A stretch of DNA of 64,000 bases from Candidatus Amunia macphersoniae (GTDB taxonomy: Bacteria; Chloroflexota; Dormibacteria; Aeolococcales; Aeolococcaceae). Location: positions 5,059 through 69,058 of the forward strand of contig JAEKNN010000026.1 of assembly GCA_016464795.1 (NCBI GenBank), read 5' to 3'. A program made the translations under genes and the position numbers. The notes beneath the pieces were generated by a model, which ran no database searches, had not been told where the DNA came from, and saw only the letters and a program-made list of their open reading frames with translations. The number at the start of each line of letters is the position of its first letter. Positions within the stretch are counted from its first letter, which is position 1. Shown here in pieces: positions 9,623 through 19,450 of this stretch.

Positions 9623-10875
9623 GTGCTCGGCGGCGAGTCGTTCTCGCCTACAGCGGCGGCCTCGACACTTCGGTGGCGGTGCGGTGGCTGCAGGAGGAGA
9701 TGGACTTCGATGTGGTGACGCTCACCGCGGACCTGGGCGGCGAGGGTCGCGACGCAGCCACCATCAGCGACCGCGCGTTGCGCACGGGCGCGATCGCCGC
9801 ACACGTCGTGGACGCACGGCGCGTCTTTGTCGAGAACTTCGTCTTTCCGACGCTGGCGGCGGGTGCGCTGTACGAGGGGGCATACCCGCTCGCCACCGCG
9901 CTGGCTCGCCCGCTGATCGCCAAGCTGCTCGTCGACGTGGCCCGTGAGGAGGGCGCTGACGCTGTCGCCCACGGCTGCACGGGCAAGGGCAATGACCAGG
10001 TTCGCTTCGACGTGGCCACCGCGGCCCTGGCCCCTGAGCTCGAGGTGGTGGCGCCGGTGCGTGACTGGGACATGGGCAGGCCGCAGGAGATCGCCTACGC
10101 GAACGCCCACGGCATCGACGTTCCCGTCACCGCCGAGTCCCCGTACAGCGTCGACGCCAATCTGTGGGGCAGGAGCGTCGAGTGTGGGCCGCTCGAGGAT
10201 CCCTGGACGGAGCCTCCGGAGGAGGTGTACGAGTGGACCGCACACCCGGCCACGTCCGACCCCAAGGGTGAGGAGCTGATCATCAGGTTCGAGCACGGAG
10301 AACCTGTGAGCATCGACGGCCAAGCGGTGCTCGCGGAGGATCTGGTGCTCCGTCTCAACTCGATCGCCGGCCGCAACGGCGTGGGCCGCATCGACCACGT
10401 GGAGAACCGCCTCGTCGGCATCAAGTCGCGCGAGGTCTACGAGGCTCCCGCTGCCGTGGTCCTGCATGCGGCGCACGATGCGCTCGAGACGGTTGCCCTG
10501 CCACGCGATGTCGCCCACCTCAAACGCCAGCTGGCCAACGAATGGGCGCGACTGGTCTACGACGGTCTGTGGTTCGGTGCCCTGCGCACGGCTCTGGCTG
10601 CGTTCGTGTTGGCGACCCAGCAGCACGTGACGGGGGAGGTGCGGGTGCGCTGCCGGCGGGGGACGGTGACCATCGTCGGGCGCCGTGCCCAACAGTCGCT
10701 GTACAGCAACGCGCTGGCCACCTACGACCGCGCTGGCGACACCTTCGACCACGCCGCGGCCCGCGGGTTCATCGAGCTGTTCGGGCTCTCGCTGAGAACC
10801 CAGGCCCGCGTCCAGGGCGCCCTCGAGGATCTGCAACCGCTGTCACTGCCGCGCCAGGTCAGGCGCGCCTCCTGA
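9619..10875 (+). CDS. argG: Argininosuccinate synthase
   Basis: VVLAYSGGLDTSVAV PP-loop N-terminus; 418 aa. Confidence 0.95.
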   Translation: MSARRRVVLAYSGGLDTSVAVRWLQEEMDFDVVTLTADLGGEGRDAATISDRALRTGAIAAHVVDARRVFVENFVFPTLAAGALYEGAYPLATALARPLIAKLLVDVAREEGADAVAHGCTGKGNDQVRFDVATAALAPELEVVAPVRDWDMGRPQEIAYANAHGIDVPVTAESPYSVDANLWGRSVECGPLEDPWTEPPEEVYEWTAHPATSDPKGEELIIRFEHGEPVSIDGQAVLAEDLVLRLNSIAGRNGVGRIDHVENRLVGIKSREVYEAPAAVVLHAAHDALETVALPRDVAHLKRQLANEWARLVYDGLWFGALRTALAAFVLATQQHVTGEVRVRCRRGTVTIVGRRAQQSLYSNALATYDRAGDTFDHAAARGFIELFGLSLRTQARVQGALEDLQPLSLPRQVRRAS

Positions 10876-12479
10876 TGGCTCGCGGGATTCGCATCGTGGG
10901 AGCGGGGGCTGCCGGCGATGGGCCGCCGCCACGGGGCGGCCCATCGCCGGTGGAGAGCTCACCGGCACCGTCGCCGAAGATGTGGTCGGGCAGACTCGGC
11001 GCAGGCACCGCGCGGCGAGTCGAGGAGTACACCACCAGCATCGACGTCGACCGCCGCCTCTACGCGGACGACATCGACGGTTCGCTCGCCCACCTGCACA
11101 TGCTCCGCGCCGTCGGCCTGATCAGCGCTGACGAGGGACGCGCCGTCGAAGCAGCCCTGCGCGACATCCGTCGTGAGTTCGAGCGCAACACGTTTGTCGT
11201 CGATGACGGTGACGAGGACATCCACTCCGCCATCGAGCGCCGCCTCTTCGAGATCGCCGGCGAGGCCGCGGGCCGTTTGCACACCGGCCGCAGTCGCAAC
11301 GATCAGGTGGCCACCGACCTGCGCCTCTACAGCAAGCGGATCATCCGCGAGCTGATGCTTGCGATCGCCTTGCTGCAGGAGGCCCTGGCCAGGCGCGCCG
11401 AACAACACCGCAGCACGCCGATGCCCGGCTACACGCATGGACAGCGCGCCCAGGTGGTGTCGCTGGCTCATCATCTGCTCGCCTACGTGGAGATGCTGCA
11501 GCGTGACATCGGACGCCTCGAGGACGCCCACGATCGTTGCGACGTGCTCCCGCTCGGCAGCGGCGCCCTGGCCGGCTCGACCCTGCCACTCGACCGACGG
11601 GCGGTGGCGCGGGAGTTGAACTTCTCGAGCATCAGCGCCAACAGCCTCGACGCCGTCGCCGATCGCGACTTCGTGGTCGAGCTGACCGCCGCATGCTCGC
11701 TGACCATGGTCCATCTGTCCCGCATGGCGGAAGAGTTGGTGCTCTGGACGTCGGCGGAGTACGGCTTCGCTGAGCTGCCTGACACCCATGCCACAGGCTC
11801 GTCGCTGATGCCCCAGAAGAAGAACCCCGACGTGCTCGAGCTCGTCCGCGGACGCGCCGCCCGGACCATCGGCGATCTCACCGGCCTGCTTGCCCTCCTC
11901 AAGGGACTGCCGCTTGCCTACAACCGCGACCTTCAGGAAGACAAGGTGCTGCTCTTCGATGCTGTCGACACCAGCCTGGCCGCACTCGCCATGGTCACCG
12001 ATGTCGTCCGCGTGCTGCGGTTCAACCGGCGCGTCCTCCTGGAGGCGGCATCCGATCCCGCGCTGCTCGCCACCGACGTCGCCGAGTACCTGGTGACTCG
12101 CGGCATGCCGTTTCGGGCTGCCCACCATCTGGTGGGCAATGCGGTGCGACGCAGCCTCGACGAGGGGCGCACGCTGCGCGACCTCACCGCCGCCGAATGG
12201 CGCCAGATGACCGACCTCGCCGGCGACGACATCGGTGACCTGTTCGATGTCGACGGGGCGCTGCGCCGCCGCGAGATCCCCGGCGGCCCCGGCCCGCGCA
12301 CTGTGTCGCGACAGCTGGTGCGCGCGGCCACGCTGGTCGCCAAGACCCGGCGGATCGCCACCGTCCTCGCCCGCCAGCCGGGGGCGGCCAAGGAGGTTGG
12401 TGCTGCGGTGCGCGCATCCCGCCCAGTCGCAGGTGACGTCGCGGAGCCGCGCAGACGGTCCGGGAAGTCGAAGGGCTGA
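10875..12479 (+). CDS. argH: Argininosuccinate lyase (ATG at 10875 overlaps argG stop; alternative canonical start MWSGRLG at 10980)
   Basis: MWSGRLG..., fumarase/aspartase family signature GSSLMPQKKNPD. Confidence 0.9.
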   Translation: MARGIRIVGAGAAGDGPPPRGGPSPVESSPAPSPKMWSGRLGAGTARRVEEYTTSIDVDRRLYADDIDGSLAHLHMLRAVGLISADEGRAVEAALRDIRREFERNTFVVDDGDEDIHSAIERRLFEIAGEAAGRLHTGRSRNDQVATDLRLYSKRIIRELMLAIALLQEALARRAEQHRSTPMPGYTHGQRAQVVSLAHHLLAYVEMLQRDIGRLEDAHDRCDVLPLGSGALAGSTLPLDRRAVARELNFSSISANSLDAVADRDFVVELTAACSLTMVHLSRMAEELVLWTSAEYGFAELPDTHATGSSLMPQKKNPDVLELVRGRAARTIGDLTGLLALLKGLPLAYNRDLQEDKVLLFDAVDTSLAALAMVTDVVRVLRFNRRVLLEAASDPALLATDVAEYLVTRGMPFRAAHHLVGNAVRRSLDEGRTLRDLTAAEWRQMTDLAGDDIGDLFDVDGALRRREIPGGPGPRTVSRQLVRAATLVAKTRRIATVLARQPGAAKEVGAAVRASRPVAGDVAEPRRRSGKSKG

Positions 12480-12495
12480 GCGCTATCCTGGCTGG

Positions 12496-13266
12496 GTGAA
12501 GCGTCCTCTGCTCATCGTCGGCGATGTCCAGGGGGACGTCGAGCGGCTGGAGGAGGCGTTGGAACCGTTTTCCGAGGAGGAGGTCGACACCGTCTTCCTC
12601 GGCGACTTCTTCCAGGGCGGGCGGCTCGGCCGCGGCGGTGGTGCGGCGGCGGCACGCCTGGTTCGCTCTCGTGCCAACAGCCGCGCGGTGCTGGGCAACC
12701 ACGACCTCTTCCTGCTGGCGGTGCTGGAGCGACGGCGAGGCGTGGACCCGCCCGAGCCCTGGAAGGCACGCGCTCCTGCCGAGCTGGAAGCGCTCTGGCT
12801 GCATCGGCGGGGCGATTGGGCCGACCTCGCGGCCGTCGACCATGACCCGGCCCTCGAGCAGTGGCTGCGTCATCTGCCCTTCCTGATCCTGCTCCAGGAT
12901 GGGACTCTGGTGCAGCACACTGACGACGATCACTACGCGACGCTCGGCCACAGCGTGGAGGAGGTCAACGAGCAGGCGCGCCACTGGCTGGAGGCACCAG
13001 GCGGCGTCTTCTCGGCGGTCAGGGCGCTGTTCGGCCGGCGCGCTTTCGTCGAGCGCCGCCGGCTCGACGTGTACCTCGCCCACTTCGGGGCGCGACGGCT
13101 GGTGCACGGCCACACCCCCCACTGGGAGAACGCGCCCAGCGTCGGCCACGATGGCCTGATCTGGGGCTTCGACGGCAGGTTCTCGCGCTACTGGTCACGC
13201 GAGGCAGGGGAGTCGTCAGGACCGATCGGCGCCACCGTGGCGCTTCTCCCGGCCCTGGATCGCTAG
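12496..13266 (+). CDS. Metallophosphoesterase (calcineurin-like; ApaH/PP2B-type phosphatase)
   Basis: GTG start VKRPLLIVGDVQGDVERLEEAL, GDFFQGG, GNHDLFLL motifs of the metallophosphatase superfamily; ~256 aa. Confidence 0.7.
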   Translation: MKRPLLIVGDVQGDVERLEEALEPFSEEEVDTVFLGDFFQGGRLGRGGGAAAARLVRSRANSRAVLGNHDLFLLAVLERRRGVDPPEPWKARAPAELEALWLHRRGDWADLAAVDHDPALEQWLRHLPFLILLQDGTLVQHTDDDHYATLGHSVEEVNEQARHWLEAPGGVFSAVRALFGRRAFVERRRLDVYLAHFGARRLVHGHTPHWENAPSVGHDGLIWGFDGRFSRYWSREAGESSGPIGATVALLPALDR

Positions 13267-13269
13267 AGG

Positions 13270-14700
13270 GTGGTCCGCTCGTACGACGCGGTGATCGTCG
13301 GCTCGGGGCCGAATGGCCTGGCCGCTGCGGTGACCCTTGCCGAGCACGGCAAGACAGTCCATGTGGTCGAGGCCGCGGACGAGATCGGGGGTGGTTGCCG
13401 CACCGCGGAGCTGACCCTGCCCGGGTTTCACCACGACGTGTGCTCGACCGTGCTGCCCTTTGGCACAGTGTCACCCTTCTTCACAGCGTTCAACAACACC
13501 GCGGGTGCCGGAGTCGAGCTCGTGTTCTCCGACGCACCGCTGGCGCATCCGCTCGACGACGGCGAGGCGGTGCTCCTGGAGCGTTCAGTGGATGCAACGG
13601 CCGCCAACCTTGGCGTCGACGGTCGCCGGTACCGGCGCATCCTGGGTCCGATCGCCGGCCACGCGTCCCAGCTGACCGAGCAGATCCTTGGCCCTCTGCG
13701 AGCGCCACGCCACCCTGTCGTGATGGGCGCCTTCGGTGTTCCAGCGCTGATGCCGGCGACGGCCTTCGCTCGCGTGGCCTACAGAGGTGAGAGGGCGCGC
13801 GCGCTGTTCGCCGGCATGGCCGGCCACTCGATGATGTCGTTGAACAGGCCGGCCAGCGCCAGCATCGGGCTGGTGCTGAACATGGTGGCGCATTCCGCCG
13901 GCTGGCCGGTGGCGCGCGGTGGCACAGCCACGCTGGCCGCCGCCCTGGCGGCGCGGCTCGCGGAGCTGGGTGGAACAGTCGAGACCGGACGGCGCGTCAG
14001 CTCGCTCGCCGACCTGCCCTCCTCCCGCGTGCACGTCTTCGACGTCGTTCCTCGTGATCTCGAGCGCATCTGCGCGGACGCTCTGCCCGCCCGCTACCGG
14101 AGTCGCCTGCGCAGGTACAGGCATGGACCGGGCGTGTTCAAGCTCGACTGGGCCCTCGATGGCCCAGTCCCATGGCGGGACCCCCGTTGTGGGCGTGCGG
14201 CGACTGTGCACGTCGGTGGCAGCTTCGGGGACATCGTGGCCTCCGAGAGCGCCGTGGCAGCCGGCCGGCACCCGGACCGACCGCTGGTGATCCTCGCCCA
14301 GGCCTCACTGTTCGACGCCACCCGCGCCCCCTCCGGCCAGCACACGCTGTGGGGGTACTGTCACGTGCCCAACGGCTCCCGACGCGACATGACCGCCACC
14401 ATCGAGGCCCAGATCGAGCGATTCGCCCCCGGCTTCCGCGACAGGATCATTGGCCGGCATGCCATGGACAGCGCGGCGCTCGAGGCTCACAACGCCAACA
14501 TCGTCGGCGGCGACATCAACGGCGGCATGTTCAGCCTCGGCCGGCTCTTCGCCAGGCCGGCGCTGCGAATCTCGCCCTACACCACTCCCAACCCACGCAT
14601 CTTCATCTGCAGCGCGGCGACCCCCCCGGGTGGTGGTGTCCACGGCATGTGCGGCTGGTGGGCAGGGCAGGCTGCGCTGCGCTCGCTGGCACACCGGTGA
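13270..14700 (+). CDS. NAD(P)/FAD-dependent oxidoreductase, phytoene-desaturase (CrtI)-like family
   Basis: Rossmann N-terminus YDAVIVGSGPNGLAAAVTLAEHGKTVHVVEAADEIGGGCRT; 476 aa. Confidence 0.75.
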   Translation: MVRSYDAVIVGSGPNGLAAAVTLAEHGKTVHVVEAADEIGGGCRTAELTLPGFHHDVCSTVLPFGTVSPFFTAFNNTAGAGVELVFSDAPLAHPLDDGEAVLLERSVDATAANLGVDGRRYRRILGPIAGHASQLTEQILGPLRAPRHPVVMGAFGVPALMPATAFARVAYRGERARALFAGMAGHSMMSLNRPASASIGLVLNMVAHSAGWPVARGGTATLAAALAARLAELGGTVETGRRVSSLADLPSSRVHVFDVVPRDLERICADALPARYRSRLRRYRHGPGVFKLDWALDGPVPWRDPRCGRAATVHVGGSFGDIVASESAVAAGRHPDRPLVILAQASLFDATRAPSGQHTLWGYCHVPNGSRRDMTATIEAQIERFAPGFRDRIIGRHAMDSAALEAHNANIVGGDINGGMFSLGRLFARPALRISPYTTPNPRIFICSAATPPGGGVHGMCGWWAGQAALRSLAHR

Positions 14701-14717
14701 AGGTGCCCTCGCGGATG

Positions 14718-15089
14718 TCAGTGGGGCGCTGCGTCCTCGCCGCCGGGTTCGCCGTGGAGATGCGCGGTGCCCTCCTCGACACCGAACCTGGTCTCGCAGG
14801 CGGGACATTCGATGAGGCTGGCGAGAGGATCGTCCTCGGGTGGGAGCAGGCGCATGCCGCATGCCGGGCAGGTCAGCGTGACCACGCGCTCGTCACCGCG
14901 GCGTTGCATCTCGCGCGCCGCGGCGGCCACGTCGACCGCGACGCTCTGGCACACGGCGCAGACGTAGGTGGCCCGGCTGCTGTCGTGCCCCGAGTAGCGA
15001 CCCGAGCGGTCGACGAACATGGGGGCGTTCAGAGCCTCGAAGCGGCCCTCAGGGCAGTTGTTGGGACACGCGAGATGTCCAGGTCGCAT
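14718..15089 (-). CDS. Hypothetical zinc-ribbon protein (four CxxC motifs); start assigned to internal Met
   Basis: MRPGHLACPNNCPEG...YVCAVCQ...LTCPACGMRL...ECPACETRF; longer ORF N-terminus overlaps DegV gene so the internal ATG at 15089 is preferred. Confidence 0.45.
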   Translation of the reverse strand: MRPGHLACPNNCPEGRFEALNAPMFVDRSGRYSGHDSSRATYVCAVCQSVAVDVAAAAREMQRRGDERVVTLTCPACGMRLLPPEDDPLASLIECPACETRFGVEEGTAHLHGEPGGEDAAPH

Positions 15090-15246
15090 GGACACATGGT
15101 GGCACGAGGGGGCTGACCTGCCGACCGACCCCGCGCTGCCTGTGACCGTCACCGTGGCGCCGCCGTCACCTTGGCTCGGTTGAGCAGCGCTCGCATCCTC
15201 GCCACCGGTGGGACCCCGGAACTGCGGGACTGCGACCGGTCGGCGG

Positions 15247-16116
15247 TCAGGGCTTGTAGAAGGAGAGCCCGATGGCGCCCGGGCCGCCATGACAGCCGAT
15301 CACGGGGCCCACATCGATCAGGCGCACCGCCTCGCCGACGATCTCTCCGGCACGGCGTGCGATCTCGGTGGCAGCGTCGGCCATGTCGGCGTGGGTGACC
15401 AGCACCTCCGCCCGTCCCGCCCACTCGGCGGTGGACGCCTGCAGCTCCTCGAGCAGACGATCGAGGGCGCGGGGGAAGGTGCGAACCCGGTCGAGCGGCT
15501 GAACGGTGCCCTCACGCACCTCCAGGATCGGCTTGATGTTGAGCATCGAGCCGAGCAGCGCCCGGGCGCCGCCAATCCGGCCACCGCGACGCAGGTATTC
15601 GAGGCTCTCCACAGTGAACACCAGCCGCTGGGTGGACCGGATGCCGGCGGCGCGCTGCTCGAGCTCAGCGGTGCCGGCCCCGGCGGCTGCGGACGCCAGC
15701 AGCGCCTCCACCACCTGCTGGTGGCCCGGACCGACTGTCCGGGTGTCGATGAGCCGGATGTCCTGGAACGGGAGCGCGGCGCGGGCGGCCGCCGCCGAGC
15801 CGTGGGTGCCGCTCATCCCTGAGGAGATGGTCGTGCACACGATCGAGTTGCCCTCCACCCCGACCCTGCAGAAGGCAGCCTCGAACTCAGCGGGGGTGGG
15901 CTGAGACGTGCGTGGCACCACGTTCGAGGTGCGCATCCGCGAGTACAGGGTGGCGGGGTCGATGTCGACTCCGTCCGCGAAGACCTCCTCGCCGATGATC
16001 ACCTTGAGCGGCACGATGGCCAGGCCCAGCCTGGCCGCCTGGGCTTCGGGGATGTCGCAGGTGCTGTCGGCGACCAGGTGGACTGAGCTCACTGCCTCAA
16101 GCCTAGCCAGCGCCAC
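15247..16116 (-). CDS. DegV family protein (fatty-acid binding)
   Basis: VHLVADSTCDIPEAQAARLGLAIVPL N-terminus characteristic of DegV/DAK2-like fold; 289 aa. Confidence 0.85.
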   Translation of the reverse strand: MALARLEAVSSVHLVADSTCDIPEAQAARLGLAIVPLKVIIGEEVFADGVDIDPATLYSRMRTSNVVPRTSQPTPAEFEAAFCRVGVEGNSIVCTTISSGMSGTHGSAAAARAALPFQDIRLIDTRTVGPGHQQVVEALLASAAAGAGTAELEQRAAGIRSTQRLVFTVESLEYLRRGGRIGGARALLGSMLNIKPILEVREGTVQPLDRVRTFPRALDRLLEELQASTAEWAGRAEVLVTHADMADAATEIARRAGEIVGEAVRLIDVGPVIGCHGGPGAIGLSFYKP

Positions 16117-16146
16117 CGGCCCTTCGGGCGCGCGTGAGACTGTCCA

Positions 16147-16983
16147 TCACCGTCCGAGGAGAAGCAGCACGCCGGCGAGATTGCGGTCCTCGCCGAGCTC
16201 GGCCGGCCGGATCTCGGGCGCCGGCTGCAGCTTCAGGTGCGCTGCCACGGTGGCGTTGAGGGCCGGCTCGACCCGCGACCATCGGGGCACGGCCACACCG
16301 CCGCCGAAGACCACCCGGTCGCAATCGAGCAGGGCGACGGTGTTGACGACTGCTAGCCCCAACCACGTGCCCACCTCGTCCCAGACCGCCTGCTCCTCGA
16401 TGTCCTCGCCGGATCGGCCGAAGCGAGCGGCGATGGCGCGGCCGCTGGCGATCGCCTCCAGGCACCCGGCTCCGCCGCACTCGCACGGCGGCCCCCCGAG
16501 CCGCCGTGGCCAGAGGACCTGGTGGCCGCCCTCGTTGTCGTGCCGCTGCACGACCAGCTCACCGTCCAAGACCACGCCGGTGCCGATGCCCGTGGACACC
16601 GTGTAGTACACCAGAAGTCGAGAACCGCGGCCTGCTCCCAGGTGAGCCTCGGCGAGGGCAGCACAGTTGGCGTCGTTCTCTACCTGGACCGGGCAGCCGA
16701 AGCGCTTGCGGAGCGGTGTCGCGAGCTCCTGGCGATGCCAGTCCGACGACATCCCAGGAGGATTCATCAGCGTCCCGCCGGCTCTGTCGAACGGACCTGG
16801 TGCCGCCACTCCGATGGCTTCGAGCGACTGCCCGTGGCGGACATCGTCGAGCATCTCGATCAGAACCGCCACCATGTCACCGTGACGCGGGGTGGGCCTG
16901 CGCACCGTCGCAGCGACGCCGCGTCCGCGCTCTCCCACCGCCGCGAGCAGCTTGGTACCGCCGATGTCGATGAGACCGATCAT
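16147..16983 (-). CDS. ROK-family sugar kinase (glucokinase-like); start at internal Met MIGLIDIGGTKLL
   Basis: ATPase N-terminus GLIDIGGTK, ROK zinc motif CECGGAGCLE; ~279 aa. Confidence 0.8.
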   Translation of the reverse strand: MIGLIDIGGTKLLAAVGERGRGVAATVRRPTPRHGDMVAVLIEMLDDVRHGQSLEAIGVAAPGPFDRAGGTLMNPPGMSSDWHRQELATPLRKRFGCPVQVENDANCAALAEAHLGAGRGSRLLVYYTVSTGIGTGVVLDGELVVQRHDNEGGHQVLWPRRLGGPPCECGGAGCLEAIASGRAIAARFGRSGEDIEEQAVWDEVGTWLGLAVVNTVALLDCDRVVFGGGVAVPRWSRVEPALNATVAAHLKLQPAPEIRPAELGEDRNLAGVLLLLGR

Positions 16984-17049
16984 TGCGGCGCAGGCTAGCG
17001 ATCGCGCGGGGCACCGTGCGCCGGCGGCGTCGTCCCTACAATCCGCGCG

Positions 17050-17817
17050 ATGCTGCTCGCAGTTGACGTTGGCAACACCAACATCGTCGTGGGTGTGTTC
17101 GATGGCGAACGGCTGGTGGCGGACTTCCGGCTGCACACCAATGAGCTCTCGACAGGTGACGAGCTAGGCCTGGCCGCCACCGACCTCCTCCGCCGCCGGG
17201 GCATCGACGTCGCCGCCATCGACGCTGTGGCTGTCGCCAACGTGGTGCCGCCGCTGGCGCGCTCGGTCGACGAGATGTCCAGGGTGTACTTCGGGCGGTC
17301 GCCCCTGGTGGTGGGGCCGGGCATCCGCACTGGGGTCAGCATCCGCTACGAGGACCCGCGCCTGGTCGGGGCCGACCGGATCGCCAATGCCCTGGCAGGA
17401 CGTCACCTCTACGGCGCCCCGGCCATCCTGCTCGACTTCGGCACCGCCACCACCTTCGACTGCGTCTCGGCGGCAGGTGAATACCTCGGGGGGGCCATGG
17501 CCCCGGGGATCCTCATCAGCCTGGACGCCCTGGTCAGCCGTGCCTCGAGGCTCAACCGGGTGGAGCTGGCCGCACCGCCATCGGTGATCGGCCGAAACCC
17601 TGCTGCGTCGATGCAATCGGGTTTCGTGTTCGGGTACGTCGGCCTTGTGCAGGGGATCGTGTCGCGGATGCGTGCCGAGATCGGCCAGAACGCTCGGGTG
17701 ATAGCCACCGGCGGTCTGGCCGAGCTCTTCGCGCCGCTCATCCCGGAGATCGAGGCGGTCGACCCGCACCTGACCCTGGTCGGACTGCGGCTGATCCACG
17801 AGCTCAACGTCGACTGA
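17050..17817 (+). CDS. coaX: Type III pantothenate kinase
   Basis: MLLAVDVGNTNIVVGVF, ...LLDFGTATTFDCV...; 255 aa. Confidence 0.9.
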   Translation: MLLAVDVGNTNIVVGVFDGERLVADFRLHTNELSTGDELGLAATDLLRRRGIDVAAIDAVAVANVVPPLARSVDEMSRVYFGRSPLVVGPGIRTGVSIRYEDPRLVGADRIANALAGRHLYGAPAILLDFGTATTFDCVSAAGEYLGGAMAPGILISLDALVSRASRLNRVELAAPPSVIGRNPAASMQSGFVFGYVGLVQGIVSRMRAEIGQNARVIATGGLAELFAPLIPEIEAVDPHLTLVGLRLIHELNVD

Positions 17818-17856
17818 GCTGTCGCTCCCAGGCGCTCCCCTTACCATCAGCCGACC

Positions 17857-18897
17857 ATGGCGCTCGCAGCACCTCCTCGCCCACGCCTGCGAATCGGCTC
17901 CCTCGAGCTGAGCTCCCAGGTGCTGATCGCGCCGATGGTCGGGATCACGGATGTTCCCTGCCGCCAGCTCGCGCTCGAGATGGGCGCCGGCCTGGTGTCG
18001 ACGGAGATGGTCGCCAGCGAGGCGGTTGTGCGCAGCCTCGAGGCCAGCCTGCACCTCCTGGATTTCCCCCCCGGGATTGGCCCCGCCGGGGCCCAGCTGG
18101 TGGGCTGCGACGCTGCGGTCATGGCAGCCGCGGCGCAGGTGTGCGTCCAGCGGGGCGCGGTTACCGTCGACGTCAACCTGGGCTGCCCGGTGAAGAAGGT
18201 GGTGGGTCGCGGCAGCGGGGCGGCCTTGGCACGCGACGTCGGCGCAACCGCAGCCGTTCTGCGCGCCATCGTGGGGTCGGTGGATGTCCCCGTCACCGCC
18301 AAGATGCGGCTCGGCTGGGACTCGCGGAGCATCAACGCTCCCGAGCTCGCCCGCGCGCTCGCCGATGTCGGGGTCGCGGCGGTCACCGTGCACGGCCGGA
18401 CGCGCTGCCAGGGATACGCCGGCAGCGCCGACTGGGCCGAGATCGCCCGCGTCAAGGAGGCCGTCGACATCCCTGTCATCGGCAGCGGCGATGTCGAGGA
18501 CCTCCACCTCGTCGAGCAGCGCATCAACGACGGCACCGTCGACGGCGTCGTCATCGCCCGGGGGATGCTGGGCAACTTCTGGTTGATCCGGCAGGCGACC
18601 CAACTGCTGGCCACCGGGGAACGGCTCGATGACCTCAGCTTCGCCGAGCGCCTGGCACTCTGCCGCCGGCACCTCGACCTGCTCATCTCCTATCACGGCG
18701 CCGAGCGGGCGCTGCGCATCGGCCGCAAGTACGTTGCCTGGTCAATCAAGGGGTGCAACGGTGCCGCCCGGCTGCGGGCCATGGTTCAGGACCTCGACAG
18801 TCTGGACGCCCTCGACACGATCTTCGACATGGCCACGTCGGCGGGGCCGGGCCCCCAGGGTTGGTTCCGTCCGGTCTTCACCAGCGGTGAGGGATGA
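17857..18897 (+). CDS. dus: tRNA-dihydrouridine synthase
   Basis: LIAPMVGITDVPCRQL, TIM-barrel flavoenzyme motifs, VNLGCP; 346 aa. Confidence 0.9.
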   Translation: MALAAPPRPRLRIGSLELSSQVLIAPMVGITDVPCRQLALEMGAGLVSTEMVASEAVVRSLEASLHLLDFPPGIGPAGAQLVGCDAAVMAAAAQVCVQRGAVTVDVNLGCPVKKVVGRGSGAALARDVGATAAVLRAIVGSVDVPVTAKMRLGWDSRSINAPELARALADVGVAAVTVHGRTRCQGYAGSADWAEIARVKEAVDIPVIGSGDVEDLHLVEQRINDGTVDGVVIARGMLGNFWLIRQATQLLATGERLDDLSFAERLALCRRHLDLLISYHGAERALRIGRKYVAWSIKGCNGAARLRAMVQDLDSLDALDTIFDMATSAGPGPQGWFRPVFTSGEG

Positions 18898-19190
18898 GCG
18901 ACTACCGCCTCGGCTCCCCGGTGGAGCTCCCCTGGTGGGTGATCCCGCTGTCGCTGCCCCCGCTGCTCGTCGTCATCGCCGGCATCGTGCTGGCATCGCC
19001 GCTGTGGGCGCATCTGCTGGCGGTGCTCACGTCGGTCGCCCTCATCCTGGCGCTGACCAGGATCGCCGGCCGGGTGGAGAGCCGGAGCATGCAGAGCGTG
19101 TGGATCAGCGTCCTGTACGCTGTCTGGGTCTTCATCGTGGTCACCTGGGCCGTCGTCGTCGCCATCGCCCCCGCCTGCCACTGCTCGTAG
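18894..19190 (+). CDS. Small hypothetical membrane protein (98 aa, 3 predicted TM helices), overlaps dus stop (ATGA)
   Basis: High GC3; hydrophobic segments WWVIPLSLPPLLVVIAGIVLA / LLAVLTSVALILAL / VWVFIVVTWAVVVAIA. Confidence 0.5.
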   Translation: MSDYRLGSPVELPWWVIPLSLPPLLVVIAGIVLASPLWAHLLAVLTSVALILALTRIAGRVESRSMQSVWISVLYAVWVFIVVTWAVVVAIAPACHCS

Positions 19191-19342
19191 AGCCGGCAGC
19201 GATCCCGGCGTACAGCCGAGCGGCGCACGAGGTGCGCCGAGGGGAAGGGTGCGGGAAAGAACGCCCGCCGCAGAGCCGCGCAGCGTCCCGGCGTACAGCC
19301 GAGCGGCGCACGAGGTGCGCCGAGGGGAAGGGTGAGCGTGGT
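19186..19342. repeat. Two ~62-bp near-identical direct repeats (19186-19251 and 19281-19342), each containing a perfect hairpin GGCGCAC-GAG-GTGCGCC, separated by ~29 bp
   Basis: Seen directly: ...AGAGCCG(C)GCAGCG[A/T]CCCGGCGTACAGCCGAGCGGCGCACGAGGTGCGCCGAGGGGAAGGGTG twice with 3 differences. Confidence 0.8.
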
Positions 19343-19348
19343 CGAATT

Positions 19349-19450
19349 CACTTCGACCATGCGGGGGAAGGGGATCTGCCCCTTCCCCATAAAAAGAGGG
19401 CGCCCCTGGCTTGCCAGAGACGCCCCGAGAGGGGGGGCTGAGTTGCGGTC
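19349..19450. other. Cluster of strong stem-loops: TGGTCGAA-TTCAC-TTCGACCA (8-bp stem), GGGGAAGGGG-ATCTG-CCCCTTCCCC (10-bp perfect stem), palindromic GGGCGCCC, and a G7 run; possible terminator/structured RNA between small membrane protein gene and greA
   Basis: Seen directly in sequence; not followed by a U-tract. Confidence 0.5.

Noticed and set aside
8153-10836. Long minus-strand ORFs (474 aa and 499 aa) inside argD/argR/argG
   Set aside because: They are antisense to a tightly conserved arg operon. Their composition is dominated by Arg/Ala/Gly/Pro, typical of high-GC shadow ORFs.
17164-18696. 510-aa minus-strand ORF
   Set aside because: It is antisense to coaX and dus. There are no recognisable domains, and it is an Arg/Gly/Asp-rich shadow frame.
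19186-19342. Possible CRISPR array
   Set aside because: There are only two ~62-bp repeats with one ~29-bp spacer, the repeats are imperfect, and there are no cas genes. More likely a tandem duplication or structured element.
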